Shown: one piece after another, positions 37,410 through 50,400 of the stretch | How the letters are laid out: each line of letters begins with the position of its first letter | Numbering within the stretch: position 1 is the stretch's first letter | Assembly (NCBI RefSeq): GCF_006345805.1 | Contig: NW_021834358.1 | Location: 1-50,742, forward strand | DNA from: Octopus sinensis | Taxonomy: Eukaryota | DNA: 50,742 nucleotides | Direction: 5' to 3' | Translations under genes and position numbers: made by a program | Notes under the pieces: model-generated | The model's input: only the letters and a program-made list of their open reading frames with translations | Databases searched by the model: none | What the model was told of the DNA's origin: nothing

Positions 37410-37899
37410 AAGAATATTTATATGATAATTAATATCCTCAATAAAGACAGCATTCTGGCAGAATCGTTAGCACGGCGCAAAAGGGCTTCGCAGTATTTTT
37501 CCTCCAGGAAAAATTGTTTAGGCAGCATTTCGTCCGCCTTTAGGTTTTCAGTTCAAATGCCGCCGAACAAGGCTTTGCCTGCCAATCTTTATAAGTCGAT
37601 AAAATAAGTATCAGTTGAGCGCCGGGGACCATGTGATCGATAAGTATTTCAGGCCTTCTGCCCATAGTAAAAGGACTGTGCATAGCTTTAGGTGCGTGTT
37701 TCGAGGTATTCAAAAACAAAAAAAAAAACAAATAATCTCTTCAGGTTCTCTCGAAAGTCTATGAAATTCTCAGGGCATGAACTCTATCTATTCTATGCGT
37801 ATATGTGTGTGTGTCTGAGTGAGTGCGTGTGTGTTTGTATAAATGCATATCTGTACCTATAAAGATATATATATATGTGTGTGTGTGCGTGTGTGTGTC

Positions 37900-37930
<31 letters not shown>

Positions 37931-40208
37931 CTTCGGTTTATATTGAGCTATATTCTATGCTATTACATATCTTGTTGATTGTCTAAAACAGAAAATAAAT
38001 GGGTTTTTTTAATTCTTAGAACAATTTTTGGCTAATTTCCCGCAAAAAATAATTTCAATAAGCTATTTATATAAATTGAAATTCGTGTAAACCTCGTGCA
38101 AGTGTTTCTGCCCTCTGCCAGTTTGCACCAAATCAATGTAAAGAACGCTCTATTAGACACACAAGTAATCAATTCAGACTCGCAATTCTATTTTAAAACC
38201 GACGAAGAAATGTCTAATAGGAGGTCGGAAAGATGAAGTCTGAAAGTTGAAGCTGATTATCCCCCAATTTTCAACCCCCCTCCCCCGTTTCTGACAACTG
38301 GTCTTCAAACAGAACATGTATCGCGTATACTACGATATGAATGGAGATCCAGATGAGATTGTCATGGCGATAATATTTATATGCTAATGAAGGCAGCGAG
38401 CTGGCAGAAACGTTAGCACGCCGGGTGAAACGCGTAGCCGTATTTGGTCTGCCGTTATGTTCTGAATTCAAATTCCGCCGAGGTCGACTTTACCTTTCAT
38501 CCTTTCGGGGTCGATTAAATAAGTACCAGTTACGCACTGGGGTGGATATAACCGACTTAATCCGTCTGTCTGTCCTTGTTTGTCTCCTCTGTGTTTAGCC
38601 CCTTGTGGGTAGTAAAGAAATAAGAAACGTTACCTCGCCGGGCGAAATGCTAAGCAGTATTTTGTCTGTCTTTATGTTCGGAGTTCAAATTCCGTCGAGA
38701 TCGACTTGGCCTTTCGCCGATAAATTAAGTACTAGCTGCGTACTGGGGGTCGATCAATCAACTGGCCGCCTCCCCTAAAATTTATGGCCTTGTGCTTAGT
38801 GTAGAAAAGAATATTTATATGATAATTAATTCCTCAATAAAGACAGCATTCTGGCAGAATCGTTAGCACGGCGCAAAAGGGCTTCGCAATATTTTTCCTC
38901 CAGGAAAAATTGTTTAGGCAGCATTTCGTCCGCCTTTAGGTTTTCAGTTCAAATGCCGCCGAACAAGGCTTTGCCTGCCAATCTTTATAAGTCGATTAAA
39001 TAAGTATCAGTTGAGCGCCGGGGACCATGTGATCGATAAGTATTCAGGCCTTCTGCCCATAGTAAAAGGACTGTGCATAGCTTTAGGTGCGTGTTTCGAG
39101 GTATTCAAAAACAAAAAAAAAAACAAATATCTCTTCAGTTTCTCTCTCGAAATCTATGAAATTCTCAGACATGAACTCTAATCTATTCTATGCGTATATG
39201 TTGTGTGTGTCTGAGTGAGTGCGTGTGTGTTTGTATAAATGCATATCTGTACCTATAAAGATATATATATGTGTGTGTGTGTGCGTGTGTGTGTCTGTGC
39301 GTAATGTATATATACATATATATATATCTTCGGTTTATATTGAGCTATATTCCTGCTAACATATCTTGTTGATTGTCTAAAACAGAAAATAAAGGGTTTT
39401 GTTTTTTTTAATTCTTAGAACATTTTTTGGCCAATTTCTTTCCCGCAAAAAATAATTTCAATAAGCTATTTATATAAATTGAAATTCGTGTAAACCTCGT
39501 GCAGTGTTTCTGCCTGCCTCTGCAGTTTGCACCAAATCAATGTAAAGAACTCTCTATTAGACACACAAGTAATCAATTCAACTCGCAATTCTATTTTAAA
39601 ACCGACGAAAAATGCTAATAGGAGTGTCGGAAGATGAAGTCTGAAGTTGAAGCTGATTATCCCCCAATTTTCAACCCACCTCCCCCGTTTCTGACAACTG
39701 GTCTTCAAACAAACATGTATCGCGTATACTACGATATGAATGGAGATCCAGATGAGATTGTCATGGCGATAATAGTTATATGCTAATGAAGGCAGCGAGC
39801 TGGCAGAAACGTTAGCACGCCGGGTGAAACGCGTAGCCGTATTTGGTCTGCCGTTATGTTCTGAATTCAAATTCCGCCGAGGTCGACTTTACCTTTCATC
39901 CTTTCGGGGTCGATTAAATAAGTACCAGTTACGCACTGGGGTGGATATAACCGACTTAATCCGTCTGTCTGTCCTTGTTTGTCTCCTCTGTGTTTAGCCC
40001 CTTGTGGGTAGTAAAGAAATAAGAAACGTTACCTCGCCGGGCGAAATGCTAAGCAGTATTTTGTGTCGTCTTTATGTTCGGAGTTCAATTCGTCGAGATC
40101 GACTTGGCCTTTCGCCGATAAATTAAGTACTAGCTGCGTACTGGGGGTCGATCAATCAACTGGCCGCCTCCCCTAAAATTTATGGCCTTGTGCTTAGTGT
40201 AGAAAAGA
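37410..40208. repeat. Tandem duplication, two units of about 1.4 kb (37410-38810 and 38810-40208), SINE-rich
   Basis: Offset 1397-1398 bp; the units differ mainly by 1-bp indels. Confidence 0.95.
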
Positions 40209-40447
40209 ATATTTATATGATATTTAATATCTTCGATAAAGACAGCATTCCGGTAGAATCGTTAGCACGGCGCAAAAGGACTTCACGGTATTTCTTCCGA
40301 TTTAAGGTTCTGAGTTCAAATGCTGCCTTCAAATTTTCATCATTTTGGGATCGATAAAAGAAGTACCGTGTGCCAAAATTTGAAACCTATGAGACCCCCC
40401 CCCCCATCGTAGCCGCGTTAGGAGTATTAAACAAAATCAAAAGTCTT

Positions 40448-40486
<39 letters not shown>

Positions 40487-40786
40487 CAATGGCGACTCAG
40501 GCACTCAGGCTGTTCTGTCTTAGCCCGAGTATAAATTTAGTAAACTGAGCGTGTATTTTCAAGCTGATTTAACTCTACCAACACTGACTTTAAGTATGTA
40601 ATTTCAGCCAATTACACGGGCACCTTTTATTGAGCCTGGTCGCAGTTCAGTGTCTGACGGTGCCCTGTGTTAAAAAATATCATTCGTAGAAGACGTTCTC
40701 TCGACATTATTCACACGGGCTCACAAGTTACAACACGAGTTTTTATCCATGATCGTAAAAATTAAAAGTAAGTCAAATTCAATATT

Positions 40787-41511
40787 TGGATCTTTTCGGT
40801 TTGAACGGCAGTTTTTAACATAATTTCCAGGTAACTAAAAAATTTTAAACTTCGTATACTGGTAGAATGTGTTTATAAAACATCTTTTTCTCTTGGCTTT
40901 ATTGAGAAAATTCTATAGTTTGTAAGATATTTGGACTTTAATTTCTTCAATTTCTGCAATTTCAACCAATCACTGGTGTCTATTGAGTTAAAAAGCATTT
41001 TGTCCCTCGTTTAAGAAACACATTGGGTTTATTTACATTTGTGAAGAAAAAAAGATACCCTTCGCCCCACCTCAAACCCTAACCCTAACCCTAACTAACC
41101 CTTTCTAGCGGTGTCATATGAAATTGTCACCCATAATTATGACCCTAGAATCGATCTATTGCATTTAGATCTATTTTAGATTTAGGGTTAGTTAGGGCTA
41201 GGCTTAGGGTTATGGAGGTGGAAGGGTATCTTTTTTTCTTCACAAATGTAAATAAATCCAATCTGTTTCTTAAACGAGGAGCATATTCATACGGCACAGA
41301 ATGCTTCACCTCAATAGACGGTCATTGATTGGTTGAAATTGCCGAAATGCAAGAAATTAAAGACCAAATATCTTACAAACTATAGAATTTTCTCAATAAA
41401 GCCAAGAGAAAAAGATGTTTTATAAACACATTCTACCAGTATACGAAGTTTAAATTTTTTTAGTTACCTGGAAATTATGTTAAAAACTGCCGTTCAAACC
41501 GAAAAGATCCC
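40787..41511. mobile_element. 725-bp foldback DNA element with about 320-bp TIRs ending internally in telomere-like repeats
   Basis: Arms (T/G)GGATCTTTTCGGTTTGAACGGCAG.. match throughout; (CCCTAA)n at 41076-41102 and (TTAGGG)-like at 41182-41212; flanks AATATT / AATGTT. Confidence 0.92.
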
Positions 41512-41964
41512 AATGTTTTTTCTTCCTTTATTTTATTTTTTTTGAAACAATAAATTTCTATACAGATTAAGAATTAAATTCTAATCTATGAAGAGTTTCA
41601 GTTCTAAAATATTCTTAAAGGATTGAAAAACTACCCAGCAACTCGGGCTAATACGAACGAGCCTGGTAGGTATAAAAGACTAACTGGCACCTCTTGTCGA
41701 GAGTACAGGCGACAGTCAGATCGCCGATGTTTATTGTCGTTATTTGCTTTCTGTTATTCTGTGCATCTGTGTGTAAAGATCAGTTTGCAAAGCTGCTTTG
41801 TTTTTACTCTTAACTTAGAAATGGAGAAAGACATAGTGCTAGATTTTTTTAAAATAATAATAAGCTATTTGGGGCTAGAAATAAGCGGGAACACGTGAAA
41901 TTCTTCAAGTGTCTTTTTCAAAATCTGTGATGAGCCAGAGTGACGCTTATAACCTGAAGTTGCC

Positions 41965-42350
<386 letters not shown>

Positions 42351-42389
42351 CAAGCTTGAATATCGAGGATCGGCGGAATAGAAATATAA

Positions 42390-42951
42390 ACTTTTCTACC
42401 CTAGGCACAAGACCCAAAATTTTGGGGCAGGGGCCAGTCGATTAGATCAACCCCAGTACGCAACTGGCACTTAATTTATCGACTGCGAAATGATGAAAGA
42501 CAAAGTCGACCTCGGCGGAATTTGAACTCCGAACATAAAGACAGACGAAATACCTATTTCTTTACTAGCCACAAGGGGCTAAATACAGAAGGGACAAACA
42601 AGGACAGACAAACGGATTAAGTCGATTATATCGACTCCAGTGCGTAACTGGTACTTATTTAATCGACCCCGAAAGGATGAAAGGCAAAGTCGACTTCGGC
42701 GGAATTTGAACTCAGAACGTAGCGGCAGACGAAATACCTATTTCTTTACTACTCACAAGGGGCTAAACACAGAAGGGACAAACAAGAACAGACAAACGGA
42801 TTAAGTCGATTATATCGACCCCAGTGCGTAACTGGTACTTATTTAATCGACCCCGAAAGGATAAAAGGCAAAGTCGACCTCGGCGAAATTTGAACTCAGA
42901 AAGTAGCGGCCGGCGAAATACCACTAAGCATTTCACCCGGCTCGCCGCCTT
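42390..42951 (-). mobile_element. SINE family 1 trimer
   Basis: Junctions at 42553/42554 and 42737/42738; internal unit 184 bp. Confidence 0.92.
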
Positions 42952-43794
42952 GCAGTGGAAATATTTTGTTTGATGTAGCGTGTATTTAATACATTTAACT
43001 ACTATTTTCAAGAAGCTTCACTATCTGTTGAATAATATATTTTTGACAGTGATTCTCATGGTTTCTCTTTCCTTCTCTCTCTCTCTCTTTCTCACTCTTT
43101 CCCCCTCTCTCTTCCTGTTTTTCCTTCTCTCTCTCTCTCTTTTTTTCTCTCTCTCTCATACATTTGCATATTTTGTGCGTAGGTGGTTGAGATAGCAGAC
43201 AAGTTACTCCATTTGACAAATATAGTGATTCAAATACCATACAAAGTAAATGTTTGATTTTTTAAAATTAATCTCCACTTCTAGAGGATGCATATTATAA
43301 TTACCAAATTACTATTACGAAGTTTCACTGGGGAATGAGGTATAAACTCAGAAATCAAGGTCTCTCCATAACTAACCTAGCCTTAAAACAAAAGGACAGG
43401 CTTGCTACATGGAGATTAGTTCGTTACAATCTTAAATATTTCGCTGATTTTAATAATATTTTGTATTATTTTTGCATTAACTGTGATTGTAAAGAAAAAA
43501 GTCTCTACTAAATTTTTAAATGTTTTCCTCAAAAGTGAGGTTTTGGAGTTGCAGCTATATAATTTATTTCAATAGTCATAACAAATTTGTGTTTAACAAA
43601 TTATACGCCTACTTACATCGTCTTCCGATTTTCTGCTATTATTGTTTTCAGATTTTAAACTCCCCTAGAGACAGCTTTTGTTTCTTAAATGAGTAATTAG
43701 ACTTTTTTAACCCAAGTTTTCAAACTCAAGTGTTTATTATATCTTGGGTGGGTTATTATGTCAATAAGTAACATAGCACATCGGTTCTATTTCA

Positions 43795-44222
43795 TTTCTT
43801 TTATTATTATTTATTGTCTTTGCACAGCTTCTAACGCTGGAAATGTACAACGGTGCCAGCTGTTCACTACCAGTGAACTAAGGTAACACCCCTTATTTTT
43901 CGAGCACTTTCCGGCGTATACGAGCGGTTCCAAGTAGTGCTGTTTTCTGCAAGTGCTCCACCCTTATTGCAGCCCCTATTTGTTCCATGTATTTCTCAAG
44001 ATTTTTACTCATTGTTCCCAATGCTCCGACAATTATTGGTATCACTTTTTTCATCGACCACAACCGCTTAACTTCCCAAGCTAACCTGCCATATCTATCA
44101 ACTTTTCTTTCTCCCTTATCGCATACCTTGTTCTCAGCTGAGTGTGTTATATCTATGATCCAGCATCGCTTGCTTTCTTTCTCAATTAATACTATGTCTG
44201 GTTTTCTTTGCTTTCTTATTCA
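43795..44222 (-). mobile_element. R4/Dong-clade non-LTR retrotransposon 3' end (restriction-like endonuclease domain)
   Basis: Open frame 44216-43893: RKPDIVLIEKESKRCWIIDI..EVKRLW..VIPIIVGALG..LQKTALLGTARIRRKVLEK*, a PD-(D/E) RLE signature; ends in an AATAAATAATAATAA tail; not in the ORF track. Confidence 0.9.
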
Positions 44223-44229
44223 ATTAACA

Positions 44230-44247
44230 CTGTTATTATTATTATTA

Positions 44248-44290
<43 letters not shown>
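44230..44290. repeat. (ATT)n microsatellite at the 5' truncation of the R4/Dong fragment
   Basis: Direct reading. Confidence 0.95.
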
Positions 44291-44313
<23 letters not shown>

Positions 44314-44322
44314 CGTTATCAT

Positions 44323-44530
44323 TAAGGCGGCGAAGGGCCAAAATCGTTGGTACACCGGATGAATTGCTTAGCGGCACTTTGTCTGCAGCTACGTTCTGAA
44401 TTGAAATTCCGCCGACATCGACTTTGCCTTTCATCCTTTCGGGGTCGATAAAATAAGTACCAGTTGAACAATGGGGTCGATGTAATCGACTCGTCCCCAC
44501 CTATCCCAAGCTGCCCTTGTGGCAAAAAAA
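44323..44530 (+). mobile_element. SINE family 1 (tail A)
   Basis: Head, B-box and core recognisable. Confidence 0.88.
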
Positions 44531-44715
44531 TCTTATTTTCACAAGACATGGGTCTGTATTTATAAGACATTTTACCTGAAGTGCTGCGTTGTAGAATAGA
44601 ACCCCAAAACCCGTGATTGCAAAGTGAACTTGTTAATCACACGTCTGTGATGGAACTCTTTATATATTCATTGATTTTCTTTTCAACTTGCTGATGCGGA
44701 GGACGACAAACGATA

Positions 44716-44751
<36 letters not shown>

Positions 44752-45136
44752 GTAGTGGTGACAGTGAATGTTATGATGATGACAAGGATGACGTCAACGA
44801 CTTTTAAGACAGCAATGATGTCTGGAATGATAACGATGATGTAACGATGATGATGACGACGACGACGACGATGATGATGATGATGATGATGACGACAGCG
44901 ATCTTGATGATGGCGACGGAGAACAGCGTCGGCGACATTAAAAGTTTTATTTTCCGCAGCGAGCAATGTCAGCTTCACGTGTCAGTTCCTTCTTGACTTT
45001 TCATGTTAGACGACGTTGAGAGTCTTGATTAATTAAAGTTTATTTGTTTTGTTTGTTTATGCATTTTGTTTTTGGCTTTTGTTCTTACTACATTAAGTGC
45101 GTTAGCACTGGTTTAACTTGTGTAAATTTTTATTTA

Positions 45137-45608
45137 TCATCTCGTTCTTTGTTGTCTTCTGCTTTTACTGGCGTTAATCTGTCTTCTGTTTTCACCGTCA
45201 AAGCTACCCTGTCGGAACAATGAATCTAACAAGAACACAAGCTCTTGTTTATAGAAGTCAGCTAGTAAATCAGGCAGAACAATCAGAATCGAAACAAAAA
45301 CGAAACAATTGTTTGGATTTTCGCCATTCTGCGCGTTATCCATGAATTTTTCATTTCTTCGACAGACATCAGCACGCATCGGCAAATGCATTCTTTGTTG
45401 GTTTCTATGAAGAAAAGTCCATGCTTTCGTTAGTTTCTCGATCCGACGAGGTGGCAACGACTGAGGAGGCACAATAAATTCGAAACGCATCGGTATCTCA
45501 AAATCCTTTTGAACGAGTGATTCAGATTTTATGAAAACATAACGTCTCAAGGAAGGAGGTGTACTCCGAGGAAGAAACACAACCATGATCAGATATTCAC
45601 GTTCGAAT
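45137..45608 (-). CDS. Candidate terminal coding exon, product unknown
   Basis: Acceptor CTTAATACATTTTTGTAG| at 45610-45609; only one frame stays open (157 codons to TGA at 45137); AATAAA at 45134-45129; non-repetitive sequence. No recognisable homology. Confidence 0.4.
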
Positions 45609-45715
45609 CTACAAAAATGTATTAAGAATGAATCGATATGTTATTGTTTGGGTTCTTATAGTTCTGCGCGGAGTTCATGAATTCCTAAACAATATTTTGG
45701 TACTATCAGTTAGCA

Positions 45716-45758
45716 GCAGTTTTCGATGATGTGTATCCGCCCGAAACGTTAGAACTGT
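45716..45758 (+). ncRNA. Decayed minimal type I hammerhead motif
   Basis: CAGTTTT-CGATGA-TGTGTATCCGCCC-GAAA-CGTT-AGAACTG: 7-bp stem I, palindromic AACGTT stem III, GUU triplet; core lacks U4 and stem II is imperfect. Confidence 0.6.
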
Positions 45759-46319
45759 CTTCTTTTGCCACGGAGAAGCAAACTAATTTATTTATATCAT
45801 TCTCTCGATAAACATGATAAGCCCCTTGAATACTTAAACTACTGTTTTCGTTCTATCAGTAAGCGACACTTTGTAATAAGTGCATCCGTTCGAAATATTA
45901 CAATTGTTTTCTTTCCCCACAGAAAAATCAAACCGATTTATTCAACGTTTCAATCATATAAAAATCAAGTGGGAGAACAGAGGGATGGGTAGTTCTGAAA
46001 ATAGGTTGGTGGGGGCTGAAATATAGTTTCGTTGATGTATAAACAGCAATAAAATAAATGCTAAAATTTATTTCATTTTATTGATAAAAATATAACGGCA
46101 AAAGAAAAAACAAGCAGACAAACGCTGTAAAATGAAGTGGAAGTTTTCAACTTGAGTTCGCTTTAATTGGTAATTATAGCTCTTAATGTAGAATGATAAT
46201 TGTGAGTATATATATGTGGTTATGTGTCTATGCGAGTATTGAATATTGCTGGCATATAAATGTGTAAGTAAATGTGTGTACGGATATATTGTCTCGAAAT
46301 ATATGTGTGTGTGTGAGTG

Positions 46320-46373
46320 TACACGCAAATACACACACACATATTATATATATATATATATATATAATTATAT

Positions 46374-46404
<31 letters not shown>

Positions 46405-46510
46405 CACATGTACATATATATATGTATATATATATAAAATATGTATTTATATATATGCAATATATATATAAATATAATGCATATATGTAATATTATATAT
46501 ATATAAATAT

Positions 46511-46545
<35 letters not shown>

Positions 46546-46629
46546 GCATATATATATACATATATATTATACATATATATTATATATATATAATATATAT
46601 ATATATAACATATATATACATACATATAT

Positions 46630-46675
<46 letters not shown>

Positions 46676-47367
46676 ATGTATGCATATATAATGAGTCTGT
46701 ATGTGTACAATTTCTTATTGAATGTATATCAATGCGACACATATATTATATCATATGTATAAGTATGTGTATACTGGTGTATGTTCTAAGTGTTGTGTAT
46801 GATTGTAATAGACGTGTGTATGCGTATGTATGTCTTTGCGTTTCTACGTGCATGTGCGTACGTTTTTCTCTGACTGTGCGTACACATGTTATGCTTATAC
46901 TTTTGTATGTATCGGTATGTGTCTACGTAGTTCTGTCAACACACACACACATACACGCAAACACACACACACGCACACACGCACCTATTCATGCGCATAA
47001 ATTTGTGTATAAGTCCTGTAGATACCTATGCCATTATGAATGTGCGTGTGCGTTTGTGTGTGTGTGTGTACTTGTATATACGTGCTTGTGCATGTGTATG
47101 CGCACGTAGTATATATATATATACATAAATATATATAGATATGTATGTATATGTATGTATATACATATGTATGTATGTATGCATATGTATATATGTATGC
47201 GTGTATGTATAATATACATTTTTATTAATGTGTGTCCGTGTCTCTGTCTTAAGTATCTCCATACACATATTATGCATATGTGTGTATAGATGTGTATATG
47301 TGTGTGTGCGTACATATATATATATATATATGCATATAGATATGCATATATATATGTATATATATGC

Positions 47368-47423
<56 letters not shown>

Positions 47424-47460
47424 ATATAAAGTATGTATGTATATATATATGTGTTATGTA
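46320..47460. repeat. Long degenerate (TA)/(TG)/(CA) microsatellite field
   Basis: Direct reading. Confidence 0.95.
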
Positions 47461-47574
47461 TTTATGTATTCATGTAAATATGAACGTATATTCGCATATG
47501 CGTTTGTCTGTATATGGCAATGCTTGGAAGTACACGCGTATTAAAACAAGGAGAGAAAGAGAGACAGAGACTAG

Positions 47575-47615
<41 letters not shown>

Positions 47616-49234
47616 GGGAAGATGTCGTCGATAGAAATGTGCAAAAATCTTTATACGTGAAAGTATGAAGTACTGAAGGTAAATTACAATAACGTTTATG
47701 CCTAATATATTCATCTCCAAATTCATGTATTGATGAATAAATTCGTGTTCTGTTGCAATGTTAAGGAAAATGACTTTAAGCTAGATTGTCAAAAAAAAAA
47801 TTTTTAAATAACACACTGACTCTCATTGCTAAATCATATGTATTATTTTTATCTTGTATTTTAAGTACGTATGTTTGCTTTACAGAAATACTTGTTCTTC
47901 TTCATTATAGTACTGTTGTTTGTTTACTAACATTGTTATTATTGTTGTTTTTGTTGTTGTTGGTGGTGGTGGTGTAATTATAATTATAGTAGTTTTTTCC
48001 AAACTACCTCTTCTAATAAAGACTTAAGGTCAATTCAAAAATGTAGGCTATAATTTTGATTTCACGAAATAATAATTAGGCTAGATTCTGATTCTGCTCG
48101 CAATTCAAGTGACTTATTCGCGATATAATTCCTGGAACAATCCGTTAACGAATTAATATATTTCTAATATGTTTCTAATCTAAGTTATTTACAAAACTAA
48201 CTAGCTAACTAGATGAATACACGCTACCACCAAAACCACCATTACTGTCGCCATCTTAACAACAACAACCTCCAGCAGTAGCGAATACACACACTAATGG
48301 TTTGGCACATAAGAAAACAGCTATGCGATAAATTAATATGCTGGTCCTGGTGGTAATGGTAGGGGGAGGCTGGTGTGTTTTATACGATGATATACTAGTG
48401 TTATCAGTTGATAAATTCAAGTGGAAATCACGGGATATGTAATCGATATCCTCAGCTAACAGCAATTTGTGAAGTATAACAAATATGAAATCCATGATCC
48501 GTGTGTGTGTGTACGTGTGTGTGTACGTGTGTGTGTGTCTCTGTGTGTGTGTGTGTGTGTGTGTGTGTTGTGTGTGTGTGTGTGTTCTAGTACGTGTGAT
48601 GCGTTTGTGTGTGTAGAAGGACAGATAGATAAAATGCGTTGCTACTATACATAGATAAATAAAATTGATAGATACTTAGATACATAGACGGAGAGACTGA
48701 GAGAAAAGACAGACAGAATGACAGACAGACAGAAAGAATGACAGACAGACAAAAACAGACAGACATAGAGATATATAAAAGCGTACAAGTAAAATGAGGA
48801 AGATTACTGACGTGAAAAAATAAATAAATTGTGTGTGTGTGTGTCAAAAGTTAGACAAGTAAAATGCGAGGTGTACGACGCATAGAAAATTATATGAAAC
48901 CAAAAAAATAAGAATGTGTACAAGGGAAATAACTGCATGAATAGAAGGAATAGAAAAGGATCTAACGTTTCGGATTATAATCATTATCACAGGGAAGTAA
49001 AAGCAATAAAAGGCAGTCGAGAAAAAGAGATAGAAATGACACCAAATTTCTAATCTACCTTAATTATACACATATACATACATACATACATACATACATA
49101 CATACATACATACATACATACATGCGTACATACATACATACATACATACATACACTCACTGCCATGTAGGTCAGAGTTGTATGAATTTGAGCCATCAGCA
49201 TTTTGTTGTTTACTAATGTTGCCCTGGAAATCAA

Positions 49235-49425
49235 GAGCTGACCAACGAAGACGTAAAGACGGACGAAATACTTATTAGCATTTCGTTCGTCTATACGTTC
49301 TGGGTTCAGATTCCGCTGCGGTCGACTTTGCCTTTCATCCTTTCGGAGGTCCACAAGACATGCAGCAGCTGAACACTGGAACCGATGTTATCAACTAGCC
49401 TGCCCTCGTGACCTTAGTAGAAAAG
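49235..49425 (+). mobile_element. SINE family 1, decayed
   Basis: GTCGACTTTGCCTTTCATCCTTTCGG core. Confidence 0.8.
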
Positions 49426-49441
49426 TTGCTTATTATTATTA

Positions 49442-49489
<48 letters not shown>

Positions 49490-49539
49490 TACTACTACTA
49501 CTACTACTACTACTACACTACTACTACTACTACTACTAT

Positions 49540-50035
49540 TGTGTGAGAGAGCAGTGCATGCCATTAATGTGACTCTAGGGTACAGACATAAAAGGCCCAA
49601 TATACCCATCATGACTACCCGTCTGATATGGGTACACCAGGCGCATGCATCACAACCATATGTACGCGAAATGGTGATCTCATATCAAGGTGAAACAGTG
49701 CATGATCTTGTAGGTGGGGCCAAGTTAGAACTTTCTTCTGGTCGAGTAACCCATCCCGCTCAAAAGGTCCCTGAATAAGGATTGTTAAAGGATGTTGGAC
49801 GAAACACCCATGTTTCCAAAGGTGAATTATTCAAACCACAAAGAACTCCTCTCAACACATGGCTATGATGCTCCCCCACTATTTCTGCTCGTGATCAGAG
49901 ATGCACATATCATCAGCCACTAAGGGACATGCTCAACTGGATAAGGTCAAACAACTGACAAGCAAATCAGTGGTATTGCGCAGAATATTTGTTGTAGCCC
50001 ATGTAAGATGAGAAGTCGTGAAAGCTACTGCCTGA
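49540..50035. mobile_element. Unclassified interspersed repeat, longest copy, bounded by (ACT)n and (CAT)n
   Basis: Shares 49820-50035 with 29575-29852, and its left end (GAGAGAGCAG(T/C)GCAT(G/A)CCAT) with 27657-27700. Confidence 0.8.
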
Positions 50036-50154
50036 TACATCATCATCATCATCATAATCATAATCATCATCATCATCATCCTCTTCATCCTCTTCATCAT
50101 CATCATTATCATCATCATCATCATCATCATCATCATTATTATTATTATTACTTT

Positions 50155-50400
50155 ATTAGCTTGACATCGTGGGAAAGTCATTTCATAGATCGATCTGCAT
50201 GGCATAAAATGTGTCAAGATACATACAATCGATTTGAGTCGAAGAAAAACGTACAACACAACAGAAGAACTATATCCTGCAACCAACAGACATGTTTCCC
50301 CAATGCCTGGCAAAGCCAAAATTATCAATGTCCCCCATTGCGACTTCATAGCAAAATCCATACTTGGACTCAAATTATATTCACCCGTCCATCGCAAACA
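50155..50400 (+). mobile_element. Decayed RTE-clade LINE ORF2 C-terminus
   Basis: SWESHFIDRSAWHKMCQDTYNRFE (cf. WE..A.DRS.W), then a frameshifted zinc finger YQC-PHCDFIAKSILGLK..VH. Confidence 0.7.

Noticed and set aside
38271-39870. Duplicated ORF MNSEHNGRPNTATRFTRR.. and similar SINE-derived ORFs (30089, 31211, 31390, 34721, 37395, 44216, 44322)
   Set aside because: They are antisense or sense readings of SINE sequence; the duplication reflects the 1.4-kb repeat.
40625-40660. SECIS interpretation of the 40614 hairpin
   Set aside because: Helix II is too short and there are no apical AA residues.
41076-41212. True telomere or chromosome fusion site
   Set aside because: Only 3-4 imperfect repeats per side, oriented CCCTAA then TTAGGG, and embedded in transposon TIRs.
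45642-45694. Imperfect 53-nt hairpin
   Set aside because: Many wobbles and mismatches and no real terminal loop; within chance for AT-rich DNA.
48256-48495. 79-aa minus ORF
   Set aside because: Short, partly (ACC)/(AAC) low complexity, no recognisable similarity.
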